A stretch of DNA of 63,237 nt, counting the filler, from Dugesia japonica (Eukaryota): the NCBI GenBank assembly GCA_001938525.1. It is 6 parts of 6 records of this genome, joined end to end, with 100 filler letters (N's around TTAATTAATTAA, not from the genome) between each part and the next. Parts side by side here need not be neighbours in the genome. Positions count along the whole stretch, not along the records: positions 1 to 8,357 come from MQRL01485693.1; positions 8,458 to 25,014 come from MQRL01624501.1; 4 more parts are not named here. One strand, 5' to 3'. The notes beneath the pieces are model-generated. The model saw only the letters and a list, made by a program, of their open reading frames with translations. It ran no database searches and had not been told where the DNA came from. Positions within the stretch are counted from its first letter, which is position 1, and the number at the start of each line of letters is the position of its first letter. This document shows positions 1 to 12,652 of the stretch, piece by piece. The position numbers and the translations under genes were made by a program.

Positions 1-1610
1 GTGAAATTGAAATGTTTAATGCATTTAATATTCAATTAAAAATACTTAATATATTGGATTTAGAGAACATTAACAGCAAATTCACTGATAATGATCGTTT
101 TAAGGCAGCATTAGCAGCCTTTAAACTAGAGGATAATGATTTAAAAGAAATGCTTCTAAAGTTTTAAATACTTTTGATCTTGAAAAAACACATGTTGTGA
201 AAAATTTCATTACAACAGTTGGTGATCCTATTCTACAACAAGCTCGACGTCAACCAATAAATCTTGAAAAGAAGATTGATGAATTAATTTAGCAACTGAT
301 AGAAAGTGATATTATCAAAGACTGCAGAAGTACTTGGAATTTTCCGATAGTAATTAATGGTAAAAAGAATGGCAAGATCAGAATGTGCTAAGACTTTAAA
401 ATGTTGAATGATTCTACAAAACATTTTCATTCCCAATGCCAGATCCACAAACCTTGTTTGATCACCTTTGTGGTTGTACAATATTTTCAATTTTGGATGT
501 AGGACAAGCTTATTATCAAGTAAATTAAACGAGGAAGATAAGTTTAAAACGGCATTTTCAACAAAGAATTTATAATACTGCTACAATCGTGTGCCATTTT
601 GGTTATCAACCGCTTTAGCTACATTTCAGAAATTGATGCATACAATTTTGGATGGAATATTATTTAAAGGTGTAGTTTTATATATTGACGACATTTGAAA
701 ATTTGCAAAAAGTCGATAAAAACCAAATGCTATAAGAGATATTCAAAATATAATACGACAATGTCAACTTTGCATGCGCAGAAAAATAAGAAGTGAAAAG
801 GTTCGAGAGAAATTTATTCCGCGCGAAGTTAGTAATCCTATGAAATGAATTGTTATGGATATAGCATATATGTATATCGGTCGATTAAATAAAAGATATA
901 TGATTGTTATCATCAATCAATTTAGAAAAATGATTAGTCTTACTGCAACAAACAATCAAAATGAAACCCCTGAAAAAAGAGCCTTTTAAACTACTAGATT
1001 TATAAATTTGGAAAACCACAGAAAATCGTGTCAGACTGTGATTAAGTATTTGAAGGGAAATTATTACAAAATCTAGCCAGTAAGCTTAATATTTGATGAA
1101 TCTTTACGTCTCCATATGAATATAAATCTAATGGATTAGCTGAACGAGTAACGAATAGTTCGAGATCTGATAGTGACTTCCATCAAAGCGGGAAAGTGGA
1201 AAACCTTGGGATGAGCTCCTAGAGTATAGTTTTCATTCAATTGTACTGTATCAAAGTCAACGGGAGTCTCACCAATGAAAATCATTTATAGGAGAAAGAT
1301 AAATATTCACACAAATAAGGAACACAATTTTGGAGAGGACGAAATTATAAATAAGGCATATGATAATATTAAACGAGCATCTCAAACAATGATAAAATCA
1401 AGGAAAAACCTTGTTAGTCACAAATTCGAAGTAGGTGAAGACGTATTAGTAAGGAAAGACTCTCGAAAACAGAAGAATGATTTGCTTTATGAAGGTCCTT
1501 ATAAAATTATAAAACACCTCATCAAGTTCGATTAGAAACTCCACAAAGTTCCAGATTTAAAAGAATCGAATGATAAAACAGATGCAGATTCGAGAAAGAG
1601 GAGGAAATTC
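1..1610 (+). mobile_element. Degenerate Ty3/Gypsy pol (RT fused directly to integrase; RNase H deleted)
   Basis: Frameshifted translation gives RRQPINLEKKIDE, KIRMCLDFKMLND, SILDVGQAYYQV, KTAFST, LATFQKLM, LYIDDI (about 680), then integrase Zn-finger RQCQLC, NGLAER and EGPYKI. A purine tract gagaaagaggaggaaa at about 1592-1607 resembles a PPT. Confidence 0.9.
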
Positions 1611-3199
1611 GATTATTAAATAAAACTAAATATTGGTTTAAATATGTGATTAGGATTGAGTTATATTCTGCAATTACTAAATAAATTTGTAATGGAAATT
1701 AAGACTGGATTTAACTAGCATATTATGAAAAATTTACATAGCTAACTTTGTTTTTAAACGAAAATTTTTTAATGTATTATTATCCATTATGCACTAAGTT
1801 TATTAGAAAAAAGATTTTTGTTGTAACTCATTACTTCAAAAACCCGCATAAAAAGAGAATTGAGATTATTTTGTTGCGCCAAATTATTTCAAAATAGCAT
1901 AACAAAACCGACATAAATGTTCTATAAATTATTGGCTTTATAACTTCAACTCATGATCTTCAAAATGAAATAATTTTAACTTCATGCCAAAATTCTTTTC
2001 AAATTTATTTATTAATTTTTTGTATTAATAATATTGTACAAATAATATTTTAAATTAATTTCATAATTTATTTTATTTCAAATATTTTCAAAAAGAATTA
2101 TTTATTTCAGATATTTTTCATATAAATTTCTAATTTTCATTTCTTTCTTATTTCTTAGTTTTTTATTAGCCTTATTTTATTTGTTACTTAAACTAATTTT
2201 CGTTAGTTTTTATCAAAAATTCATAAAACAAAAACAATTGTACATATTTTTTAAGCAATTTGTTATTTTATTAAACAAATCCTAATTTTATATTTGATAT
2301 TGTAATGAAATGCATTCCCGCAGTTTATATTTTACTTTTTGAAGGTATTATTACGATTTTCAGCTAATTTCTTGATAGCATATTGAATCTCAGTTACAAT
2401 CGATAAAAACCTCAATTTAAATAATTTAATAAAGAGCTATTTTCACCGATAAATTTTATTTGTAAACTAAATAGTTTTGTTGCAATAAAATCATACTCAT
2501 ATATTCAGGATTTTTATAAATTTATATAAATTCTTTTAAATAAATAAATTTCAGTAAAAATAATTAACACTTTTATTACTCATGTCAGTGAATATTATTT
2601 TATGTTCAATGTGAGTGCTTACTTAAAGCAAGTTAAAATTTTTGTGTGATTAGAGATCATATTTTAAAATCTTTTGTTTAAAGGAGAGAATTTAATTGTT
2701 GATGCAAAATTTAAATAAAAAATATTTGGTTTAATGATAAATTAAAGTAAATTAATTTGTAAAAATTATCACCAATGAAAACATGGGATTTTAATTTTTT
2801 TGAATAAAAAAATAGTGCTAAGCATAGTGTTTATTTTGAAATAAATTTTATGGAGTTTAATTTTGATGTTGATAATCCGAGTTCTCAAAAATCATCTAAC
2901 ATCCTGGATTACAAATTTATATTCATTGTTTGGTTTGTGTGATAGGCACAAAACGTGAATACAGCCTGATGTTTTACTTGCTTATTTAGTGTCACATTTT
3001 CGGTATAGTAAGCTAACTAACTAATAATCTTTTCCCCAAAAAAATTTAAATTGTTAATGAAAGGCTTACTGAAAAATTTATCATTTTAAATTAAAAGGTT
3101 GTAATTTCCAATTCTTATACAGTTCAGACCAATATTCAATAGAATTTTAAATAAATTTTAGAATTTTCGATTTTTAAATAAATTACTAGATCGAGGAAA

Positions 3200-3540
3200 A
3201 GTTTGTGTGTCGTTTTAAAGTACTTTTTGACGAACATGACTTGGATTCAACTAATTGATAGTTGAGATAAATAGTAGTAATTCTTGACTTGTTTAATAGC
3301 TTCAGCTTTGATCAACTTGTATGGATTTTGTTGTGGCTTCTAGAATACAAAGTCAAATTGCTTCAGATGATTCCAAACTGTCTTCAGCAAATTTTCACGT
3401 ACTTGATGACGGATCAACATCAAAACAACTTGGAAGTTTCCTTTTACCAAAACCGTTAGTTGTTAAGAACGCGGCTTATTTTCATGATCCAAATAGCATT
3501 CATTAAAACGTTTGAACCATTTCATGGTGCCACAAAAAAT
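3200..3540 (-). mobile_element. mariner transposase N-terminal (HTH) remnant
   Basis: Minus strand reads KWFKRFNECYLDHENKPRS...DVDPSSST.KFAE, matching the mariner WFxRF..xxDxPRSGRP...P..STRELA pattern. Confidence 0.6.
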
Positions 3541-3736
3541 TTATCTAACACTAAAAATTGTTTTTGTTTAGAAATTTTTCCTTTCCAATAATGACTCAGC
3601 AATATGCGAAGCTCAAAATTTGTTATTTAATAATCAGACATCTCAAAATTAATAAATTTTAATAAAAGCCTTGGAATTAAATTAATAAAACAAAAAATAT
3701 TGTTAGACTAGAGTATTAACCGTCAAAAATAACGGT

Positions 3737-3880
3737 TTATAAATGAAATTTTAGTAGTCTAAAAATATTACAATGGTTGCAAAGAATACAATATGGACGT
3801 CCATTTATTCCCGTAAAAACTCTTTTTTTATATTGTCTCACGTATTTTGCTAGCTTTCTGGCGAGTGAGTTTGAATTAGT
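3737..3880 (-). mobile_element. Possible hAT/CGGBP-type transposase N-terminal Zn-finger remnant
   Basis: KLAKYVRQYKKRVFTGINGRPYCILCN resembles the N-termini of this family; short and truncated. Confidence 0.3.
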
Positions 3881-4019
3881 TGTTATGGTTATATTAAAAC
3901 AAATTAAATAATAAAAATGCATTTATTTTACGTTGCATTTTTGCTTAAAAGGTGCTTTGAGTTTCCCTATTCATTAAAAACGTTTTTAATAAATGAATAA
4001 TTATCATTTAAAATGATTT

Positions 4020-4330
4020 TCTGATAGAGCGAGTTGTTGATCAGCACTTTAAATTTTCATGGTTGCAAAAATTGGTTCTGACAAATAAACTCCCACTTGA
4101 TCAAACGACTCTCATTGAGCCTTATTAGTTGTCATCGCAAATGCTAACATCACTGGAAATAGGTGTCGTTTCATTAAGAATTTCTACGCTTGGAACCTTT
4201 TCGATACGCTTCTTTCAGATTTCATCTCCTTTGTGGCTTCCAGTGATATTTCCAGTCTTGATTTAGTTCTGATAAAGGCTTTTGGCGATCAAGCGAGTAC
4301 CATTAAGCAATCTTTTCTTGATTGTAATGG
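4020..4330 (-). mobile_element. Helitron Pif1-type helicase C-terminal remnant
   Basis: Minus strand reads NGTRLIAKSL, ITGSHKGDE and KRHLFPVMLAFAMTTNKAQ*ESFDQVGVYLSEPIFA (cf. FPVRLAFAMTINKSQGQS). Confidence 0.85.
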
Positions 4331-4896
4331 CGAAATAACATAATGAATGCTCCAACTTTTATAATTCGAGCATTCCGAAAATTTAACATTGGAAATTATA
4401 TACATAGATATTATCGAATTCACATTTATAACACGGCACAAACCTTTTCTTCAACCTAATATTTTACTATACCAAATTTTTATTTAAANNNNNNNNNNNN
4501 NNNNNNNNNNNNNNNNNCGGTCACGCCTGATTTAAAGGATCAAGTATAAATTATGACTAAAGTTTTCTCATTCAACTGTTACCATCAAGTCAATATTTAC
4601 GATAAAAATAATTAATCTACTAAATGCTATTTTCATAATAATTTTAATACTCTAGGTCAATTCATGGTTTGCCAATAGACGTAATAGAAGCGATAACACA
4701 AAACCAAAAAAAAATCGAAAACAATTACAAGTACGACTTTACAAATTTGCACAAGAGCTTGAAAAAAATTCGGAAGGCCGTTTGAAAGCGTATGATATTG
4801 CTACAAAAATCAATAAAATGATTGATGAATATCTATCATGAAATATCAATAAATATTTGCTATTTATTTCACTAATTACAAACTTCATTATTATTA

Positions 4897-5631
4897 TCAA
4901 TGTGCTTGTTCAAATAATTGTTGATAAACAGCTTCATCCCTTTCAATCATTCTCTTATTGCACGCCAACATTCGATTAGTTAAAAAACCACCCAAAAAGA
5001 AGTTAAGCACTCCTAAAGTAATAAAAACATTTTTCCCTCGTTTAACTGATAGCTTAATTATATCATAAAATTTATAATACTCAGTTAATTTTGGTATTGG
5101 ATATGTTTTTTCTACTTTAGACACCGGGATGCAAATTAAAACAGATAACCACAGTGGTACAAAACTTCCAACTATTGTCTAAATATAGTGTTTAAAATTA
5201 ATAACAGATATAAAACTCACTTGTATAACAGATCCTCTTAATTCCATACACAAATCACAAAGGTTTAAATTCGAAAGTATTTTCCTACTAATTAAAGTAT
5301 CAGTACACATGACAGAAATTAAAAGTGGACAAAAAGTCCCGCCAATAAAAGTTGTGGGTATTTTTTGATATTGTAGTTGAAAGAATCGTCTTATATACAT
5401 ATGAGTAACAGAACTCGTTAAGAAAGTTAAAGAAGCCAAAAATTTTGAACCATGGCGAAGACTCCAAACATCCTCTTGAGGAATCCAATATTTCATTCTA
5501 AGTGAACGAACATCAGGTACTTCTATTATACTAATTGGTTTAGCATTGGGAGGAAGATTTTCATTAGAATTTCGAGTTATTATTAAACCGAAAAGACTAC
5601 TTAGTTTTATATCATCAGGTACATCAGTCAT
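4897..5631 (-). CDS. TMEM126: TMEM126-family mitochondrial membrane protein (2 exons: 5631-5221, 5178-4897; about 230 aa)
   Basis: A 42-nt GT..AG intron (5220-5179) joins the two ORFs in frame. Hydrophobic segments plus ILSNLNLCDLCMELRG...IQ..VGSFVPLWLS match the TMEM126 CxxC..RG motif. Start ATG at 5631 is inferred. Confidence 0.75.
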
Positions 5632-6349
5632 TTCAAAAAATTGCAATTAATAAATCTAAAATAGAATTAATACTTAAAATAAATAAAATTAAAAGATTAT
5701 CCAAAAAAATAAAAAAACGTAACTAATTATTTTTTATTTTACTTGGCAATATTGGTTTAATTAATAAAATAGAATTAATTATGTTTCTTTACTAAATAAT
5801 AATATTGTTATATTTAATAATTAAAATTTAATAACTTAGAGTACACATTTTAAAGTTATTGGATTTGAATTATATAATAAAACAATAATTTAAAAATTAC
5901 GAATAAGGAATAATTTCGAATATTATTATGAAAAAGTGTATGAAAAAAAAGATCTTTCAATTCAACATTAAAATTTCTTCAGTAATATTATCTTAGCTTT
6001 TAAAAGACTAATTAAATAATTATTTCATCAAAAACCCATTAATACTTAACATAATAATTTTACAATTTCAAATATTATTAGAATAACTTTTGAATTTAAC
6101 CATTATTCTCATTTTTAGGGTTTAAATAAATTTAAAAATGTAGATCGAAAAGATTTTCTTAGATTTCTTGTTAAACATTTTAAAATAGTTTATTGTCGAA
6201 AAATTGTATGACTAACCAGAGAATTCATTTAACTTAGGCTTATTAATTTATTGACTCAATAATAGCACTGCTAGCACAGGGCCTAGGAGAGGCAATGCGA
6301 GGCCTAAGACCATATTCGTTTTCAAGGCTCTTTTTTGAAAAAATAATAG

Positions 6350-8357
6350 TGTTGGGCTCCTAGATTTTTTATGTTAATTTCATCTATTTTACTTTCATTT
6401 CTTTCTTGAGTATCATTGCTAGAGGTAAATACACAGAAGCCGGCATATATTTAACAATGCCTCGTGAATTGTTCATCCACCCCGAGGGTTATGCGGGACT
6501 ATGCGTTATCCCATCTTATGATTTTCAATTTTGATTGAATTCGGCTCAACTTGTTCTTGTGTTATGTATCTTGATTAACATTATAGTCATGAAACAACAC
6601 TCGAACACATTTGTTAAGATAAAACTTTATTTCAATTTATTTCATCATTCATACAGGTCAATAACTCCACTGGTTTTCTCTTTTACCATTTCTTTCTCTG
6701 ATTTTGACACTTGCGTCAACATCCGCACAGTTGCTATTAACAAACCCTCTCTATCTACGTATGATTTGTGGATGTCGGTCCTCGCGCGACACGTATGTGA
6801 GAGAGCAAGATTCCTTTTTTTTCAGGCGCTTATTATTTTCTCTGAGGAAGATATTCTTCTTTCGTAATTCTACAATTTCATTCTGCAACTTATTGTGCAT
6901 AGAGCACCACTACTTTCGGATAATGATAAAATATGAAATTCATAATTAATATTGATCTTTTTCAGAGATGTTATTAAATCAACAATGAGTTTATCTTTTT
7001 ATATTATTGTGGAAAAATGATATTAATTTTCTTCAGATTAACAGCAAAAAGTCAATGAAAAACTGTACTGCATTTTAACACATAATTACACGGTGGTTTC
7101 TAGAATACTATCAGTATCGTCCAATGATACCAGAATTTGTTCGAGAATCGTCTTGACTTTGGTTGAAAGTCGCTCAGATAACTTTGAATATTCTTCTGCC
7201 TCTGTTTGAGTGGAAAGTATCGTCTATATTAGGCGCTGTTGTTGTCTGACCAGCTCTGTTGTTCCGACGAGTTATGTGACCAGTTCCTATCCCGCTTCCC
7301 GTATATATTTCAACAATATTTATCTGTCTCATTTTCATAACATCATCTCACAATACAGAGTCTAACTTTCTCATAATCACCTCAACAATATTCAACTTCA
7401 CACTGTCTAAATTCATGGTGGATTATCTCGTACGAAGATAACCGGCAGATTACGATCGTCATCACCAACAGAGCCAGCAGATAACGGTCCTCATCTCAAT
7501 ACAATTCTTTTAATTTACTTTGTGATATTTTCATATTATAATAGATAATTAATAAATAGTTACTTTCTCTTTTCTACGGGTGATGAGATTTAAAATAATA
7601 CTTGCTATTTTTAACAATAAATCATCAAGAGTTATAAGTGAATTTTTAAGACTGCTTTTCCACTGATTTGGATTTCCTTTTATACCTTACTGTATCATCA
7701 AATCAGATAATTTCAATTGTTAATTTTGGTTGAAAATTTTTATGATGATTGATGTCCAAAATTGAACGGTATTTATACTTAAGTTTAGTACGCCTTCTTT
7801 CTTCTCATTGGTCAATGCATATATTCTGATTTTTCTTGTGTTTTCATTGGACAAGATACTCAAATTCTGTCACCTGACTTCTTATTATTGGAAAAACATT
7901 TGGAATTCCAAAATTATTGGAATTTGATTGGTTAATTTTAAAATCCTTACAATTTCTTTCCTGATCTTACCATGATCTTCTGGTTTAGATTTTTGAAATC
8001 TATAATTTTTTCTGAACTATAATTTTCTTTACTGATAATTTTTTCCTTAACCGTAAGCCTTCTTTTTTCGATATTTCTGTATAAATTAAATTTCTTTTTA
8101 TAATAAATTATTTTAATTTATATAATTTATTCTATTCAATAAATTATTTGTTTTCTTTTCTTCATAATTTATTAATTGGATTTTCGATTTTCGTTTTTAA
8201 ATTAAATTTTAATCTAATTTAGTCGTTTTCTTTTATTAATTGATTTGTTAAATTATTTTCATCCTCTTCAATTATTATTTTAATTTAATTTTCTTTATTT
8301 CGCCTAATGAATTGATCGTTTTGTTATTGTTTGTTATTTTCTTTGTCTTCTCTATCT
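6350..8357 (-). mobile_element. Diverged partial copy of the unclassified TGTTGGG...CCCAACA multi-ORF element
   Basis: Starts TGTTGGGC at 6350. Minus-strand ORF remnants MHNKLQNEIVELRKK..LSHTCRARTDIHKSYVDREGLL (gene-B-like) and TTAPNIDD (shared with gene C, TAPNID). T-rich distal part as in the full copy; cut by the contig end. Confidence 0.6.
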
Positions 8358-8457
8358 NNNNNNNNNNNNNNNNNNNNNNNNNNNNNNNNNNNNNNNNNNN
8401 NTTAATTAATTAANNNNNNNNNNNNNNNNNNNNNNNNNNNNNNNNNNNNNNNNNNNN
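8358..8457. other. Artificial contig linker (N run-TTAATTAATTAA-N run)
   Basis: 100-bp spacer with stops in all six frames; recurs five times in the window. Confidence 0.97.
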
Positions 8458-8528
8458 TTTTCTTTATTTCTTTTTTCCGGTTACTTTTCTTTTTATTTCT
8501 TTTCCTTTAGGGGTGTTTCACCCCAACA
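8458..8528. mobile_element. Terminus of the TGTTGGGG/CCCCAACA element
   Basis: gtgtttcaccccaaca is identical to the end of the full-length copy (14681-14696). Confidence 0.8.
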
Positions 8529-8539
8529 CTATTACAATT

Positions 8540-9137
8540 AAATTATTACTAAATCATTTTTCTATAGTGAATAAATTCAATGATGAGAAGATGTTAAAAT
8601 GAGATGTAGTGGCAGTGCAGCAACGGTGGAAGGAGGAGAAGCGCGATTTACACCATGAAATTCTACAATTGAAAGGACATCTGAATCGGTCCTCCTCGAA
8701 ATTCGCACAACTAAAGAGAAGAAGTTGGCTCTCCAGCAGGTCAACCGCCTTATGGCCGAGGTGATCAAGATCTATGCCGACCTTGAGGACACAATGTTCC
8801 ACACTCTGCGAACATTGTGGTTAAATTACCCATCACCAGAGGAGTCAACCGAAGCAATGTAACAAACCGTAGAACTGGACGCTTAGTAAATAAAGACGTA
8901 GCTGTTAATAATTGAATAAATATTATGAATTTTGATTGAGTCAGTTTGAATAATGAATTTTATTTGTTGAAGTAAAACTATAATATTAAATTTTTACTGA
9001 GTGTGTAAGAGTGATTGCTGTCAGGGTTCGTGGATTCTGTGAATAAGACGCGATACCACAATCTCGCGCTGAACCCGTGGAAAGGAGGGGCACCTCACAT
9101 AGGTGACGCAAACGCTTGAGGTCTTTAGGTTGCCACA
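8540..9137 (+). mobile_element. Related subfamily fragment: acceptor-led gene-B-like ORF, AATAAA and a terminus ending TGCCACA
   Basis: ctatag|tg acceptor near 8567; translation LHHEILQLK...AEVIKIYADLEDTMF; AATAAA at about 8889. The 3' segment ataagacgcgataccacaatctcgcg resembles 6460-6520 reversed. Confidence 0.5.
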
Positions 9138-10952
9138 GATCAGTCGATGAAATTTTAAATATGCAAACGAGATTGGAGAGAGAAGTGAATAAAATAAAAC
9201 ATCCAAATCCTAAAAACCCAACAAATCAAACAATCAAAAGATATATTCATCAAACACCTTGGACAATTTATATTGATTAACTTTGTTTTATATTTGGTGA
9301 TCATATTAATTCTGAAAATAATTATATCCATCTAATTTTATTTTATTATTCTACGAGCTATTAATTATTTCTTTTTTGGTTCAGCTGTTCTATTTAATTT
9401 TGTAAATAATATATTGAAGTTTAACTATATTCATAATTCTGTAAATAACAGTTATATATTTAATTTTATAAACATCATACTGAAGTTTTACTATATTTCA
9501 TATTTTCATTATATAGAATTCTGTAAATATTAAAATTTTATTTAAATTTTAAGAAAATTTTGATTTTGCATGTAAATATTTGTTTTTAATGAAATACTGT
9601 ATAAAGATTTTATTAATGAAGCAGTATAAATACCAATTACAATTATCAGTTTATCACACTTTTTTAAAAGCCTGTAAAACAGTTTGCTTTTTTATTAACA
9701 AAGAGAATAAAATATCCATGTTGGCACTGCAGAGTAGTGTAGTATCTTTGCAAACATATCATTCCAGCACAATGAGAAAAATGCTGTTAACAACATTCAT
9801 TTTCTGTTGTGATTATATGCGCTATCAATTTTCAAGGTTCACTACCCAATAAACAACTGTTGAATGTCTTTCATGAATTGGAAATGATAAAATGCACCAT
9901 ACTGCTTCATTGATACTAATTTAGCGTCTCAACTGATATTGGGGAATTTTATCGATGAATACAGTTGCGTTTTCCACTCTAAAAGCAACCACATTGCTTT
10001 CTTTGTAAGCATATTTACCAATCTACTTGATCAATTTCACCAAATGTCAATACAAGACATTGATGTATGCTTTGTATATTTTTTAGAGTAACTGTGTATA
10101 CGGTACAACCCACTGATTATTGACTTCAGCATCATAGTATCGTACTGTTAAATTGATGGTCGACAATAGAGTGGATATCCGCCAATGTCATTGATAGTCT
10201 TTGCAAGTAAGTCTCTTGAGTATCGTTTCGTGCAATTCCCAACAAACGTGCATGGTGAATTTCTGTTAAGTAAGTCACAGGGATCATGAATCATGATTTT
10301 GATGACAACTTGAAATAAGTTTTGATCAATGTCGTCATCTGTTATTTCTGCTAAGATAACTTGATCATTTTGATCTGGTGTGAATTTTTCGAACAACCGT
10401 ATTTAAATGTGTACATGTGGCAAACATTTTTTGCCATTCAATGAACTACAACAATATGATTCTCAAAAAACATAATGCTTGACTATGAAATCTATAAATG
10501 ATTTTAATTTTGGTTTGAACACCCGCGCGGAAATATTATGACGATCCGATGATAATTGTCCGGTTAACAAAAGTTCTTGTATTTAATCCCATGCAGGAAT
10601 GCATGTGAAGGTAATAAAAACAATTAAATGGCCATATACGCGAACATATGACAATACATTTTGTGCGTATTGATGCATATGCAGTTGACTCAATGTAAAT
10701 TTGGTCCGTAGTATTGTTGGGGTCCCACCTGAGTTGAATGAAGAAACGATGGCTGGGGAAAAGCAGCCCTCAGGGAAACCCTTTCAAGAATTTAGATCCA
10801 CCGCCCCAGGGTGGATTTTCAGTTTATGGTGGTTGACTTCGCTCTTAATGGGAGGTGCACACCCATAAACCTTTTAATTTGGGTTCATCATTTTCCCTTA
10901 TCTTATACCAACATTTAAATCAGTGACACTGGAAACATTTATTACAACAAAT

Positions 10953-11333
10953 TTACAACTCATCTAACACACTTGGGTCTAACCATTGGCCTGGATCTGT
11001 CGCTAAAAATCCGAAAGCTGCGACATCACCATTATCGTCCCAAGGGACCCAATCTGGGTTGCCAATATGGCGAGAAAGATCGGCGATATATTGCTTTAAA
11101 AAATCGATCTTTCTCATCAGCAACTGCTTGGTTTCGGCTTCCAATGCTTTAGTTTGGACCGCCCAGTTGCTTTGTTTGCGAACTATCAAATCTAGCTTTG
11201 TATAAGTTTGTCACGCTGGGCCAGGTGTCGCAGAAGGGCTCGGTCTGTTTTACGCTTTAGGTGACGTTCTAACAACAGCCGGCGCATGATGCAATGACAT
11301 CGGTGAAGACTGTTGAGGAAATGGATACGAGGC
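10953..11333 (-). pseudogene. Element gene A: orphan basic coiled-coil protein with acidic/aromatic tail (one frameshift)
   Basis: tttcag|TG CCT CGT ATC gives PRIHF..RRLLLERHLKRKTDRALL..KLDLIVRKQ..KIDFLKQYIADL..WDDNGD; homologs at 24507-24862 and 29681-30005. Confidence 0.7.
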
Positions 11334-11456
11334 ACTGAAAGAAATTAGATTAATATATCGGTAATTAACAGCGAAACTCAGATAAACAATAGGATAAGAA
11401 GTCTGAACTCATATAACCATTGAAGAATAGATTTATTTATAGAAATTAAAACAGAT

Positions 11457-11810
11457 TAAGTCCGGGGGGTTTGAGTACCCTTCTCGATCATCAATGACTC
11501 GAGAGGTATCTTTTCCCGGAGCAGTAAGATGTCGGTAACCAGTTTATTTTCTCGGTCATGGCTGGACCGGATAATTTCCGAAAAAGATTCAACCTGCTTC
11601 TTCCAGGCTCGTTCCTGCAGGTGTGAGGCTTCAGCTTACTTTTTGAAAGCGAGGCATTTCTTCCTATATCTAGCCACTTTACTATTGGCCGTTGCCATCT
11701 CTGCCTACGACGTTTGGCCAACTTATACAGATCCCAGGTGAGATCAAGATATTCACTGGTTTCTCGCAGCTTTTTATTTGGAGCCTGCGATTTGATCAGG
11801 GAGGAATGCA
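11457..11810 (-). pseudogene. Element gene B: orphan coiled-coil protein ending KGTQTPRT
   Basis: tttcag|tg acceptor; the conserved frame is SHLQERAWKKQVESFSEIIRSSHDRENKLVTDILLLREKIPLESLMIEKGTQTPRT*, with a homolog at 29340-29570. Confidence 0.65.
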
Positions 11811-11970
11811 CTGAAATATCATTTTTTATTAATTACGAAGAAAAACCAAAATCAGACAACAACTTAAAGTTACTGGAAACCGGAGTTTATCTTAATCTAT
11901 ACGTAAAGATATAATATAATTGAACTCTAAACAAGACATCTATTTATTCGTATTCTAAAACAAACAACAT

Positions 11971-12328
11971 TCATTGGTGATTAATGTTAGCGTCAATATT
12001 GGGTGCTGTATTTTCACTATCGGTCACTCCGGTTGGCTCCCTAACCCCCCGAGAGAAGGTTAGAGATAAAAGCCTGTACCGCGGGAGCTGGGGGTGGCAT
12101 TGCAAGCTGATATTGGAAGGGTGACGCAAGGGTGCGACCAGGACCTGTCCAAGTTTGATACTGTTGTCGCTCTCCAAAATCCCGTATCCGGGCGACGATA
12201 GACTCAACCGGGGGTAGGTTGGACCTGTCGGCCAAAATACCCGCGTCACGGTTGTGCGGGTTGTGGTGTCGCCGGAAAATTACCCGACGGGTTCATCTAT
12301 CTACTATCCGTTCCCATATATACTCCAT
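11971..12328 (-). pseudogene. Element gene C: GC-rich, Pro/Arg-rich orphan ORF
   Basis: ttttag|atATG acceptor; MEYIWERIVDR*TRRVIFRRH...MPPPAPAV...TAPNIDANINHQ*; AATAAA at about 11943-11948; one stop and one frameshift. Confidence 0.45.
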
Positions 12329-12424
12329 ATCTAAAACATGAAAAGAAAATAGTAAAACTTGACTAAAACAGCTTGAATAAGTAAAGACAATTTATATATA
12401 TGGTCATGACAACATTACAACGAC

Positions 12425-12652
12425 TTATGACAGAGTCTCTTTGGCAATGCAGTGTGGACAAGACAAAAAGCACTCCTCACCTAAATCCACTTTGCTGACC
12501 TGGGGGAACATTACTGCGAGACAGCATAGGTCAGTTTCATCTGGATGCTCAACTCCCCATTTCGTCAGTAAGTGAGCTATCAACTGTTTTGTTCGGGCGA
12601 TTTGGCGCTGCTGTTTTATCCAACGTAGCGTGTGACTCAATTCCGTTGGCAT
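12425..12652 (-). CDS. Element gene D: 75-aa Cys-rich orphan protein (CC...C..CPHC)
   Basis: Intact ORF with ATG 3 nt after a tctag| acceptor; a 42-nt candidate intron (12697-12656) lies upstream; IAHLLTKW resembles IADLLSRY at about 23010. Confidence 0.5.
   Translation of the reverse strand: MPTELSHTLRWIKQQRQIARTKQLIAHLLTKWGVEHPDETDLCCLAVMFPQVSKVDLGEECFLSCPHCIAKETLS

Noticed and set aside
8402-8413. TTAATTAATTAA palindrome recurring five times
   Set aside because: Always centred in a 100-bp N spacer; an artificial contig joiner.
6350-8528. One element spanning the linker
   Set aside because: The flanks ATAG and CTAT are not a direct duplication, and the two ends lie on different contigs.
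11491-11811. The ORF-track 106-aa protein as the true product
   Set aside because: Comparison with the 29340-29570 copy shows that the conserved C-terminal frame is a different one (SHLQER...KGTQT).
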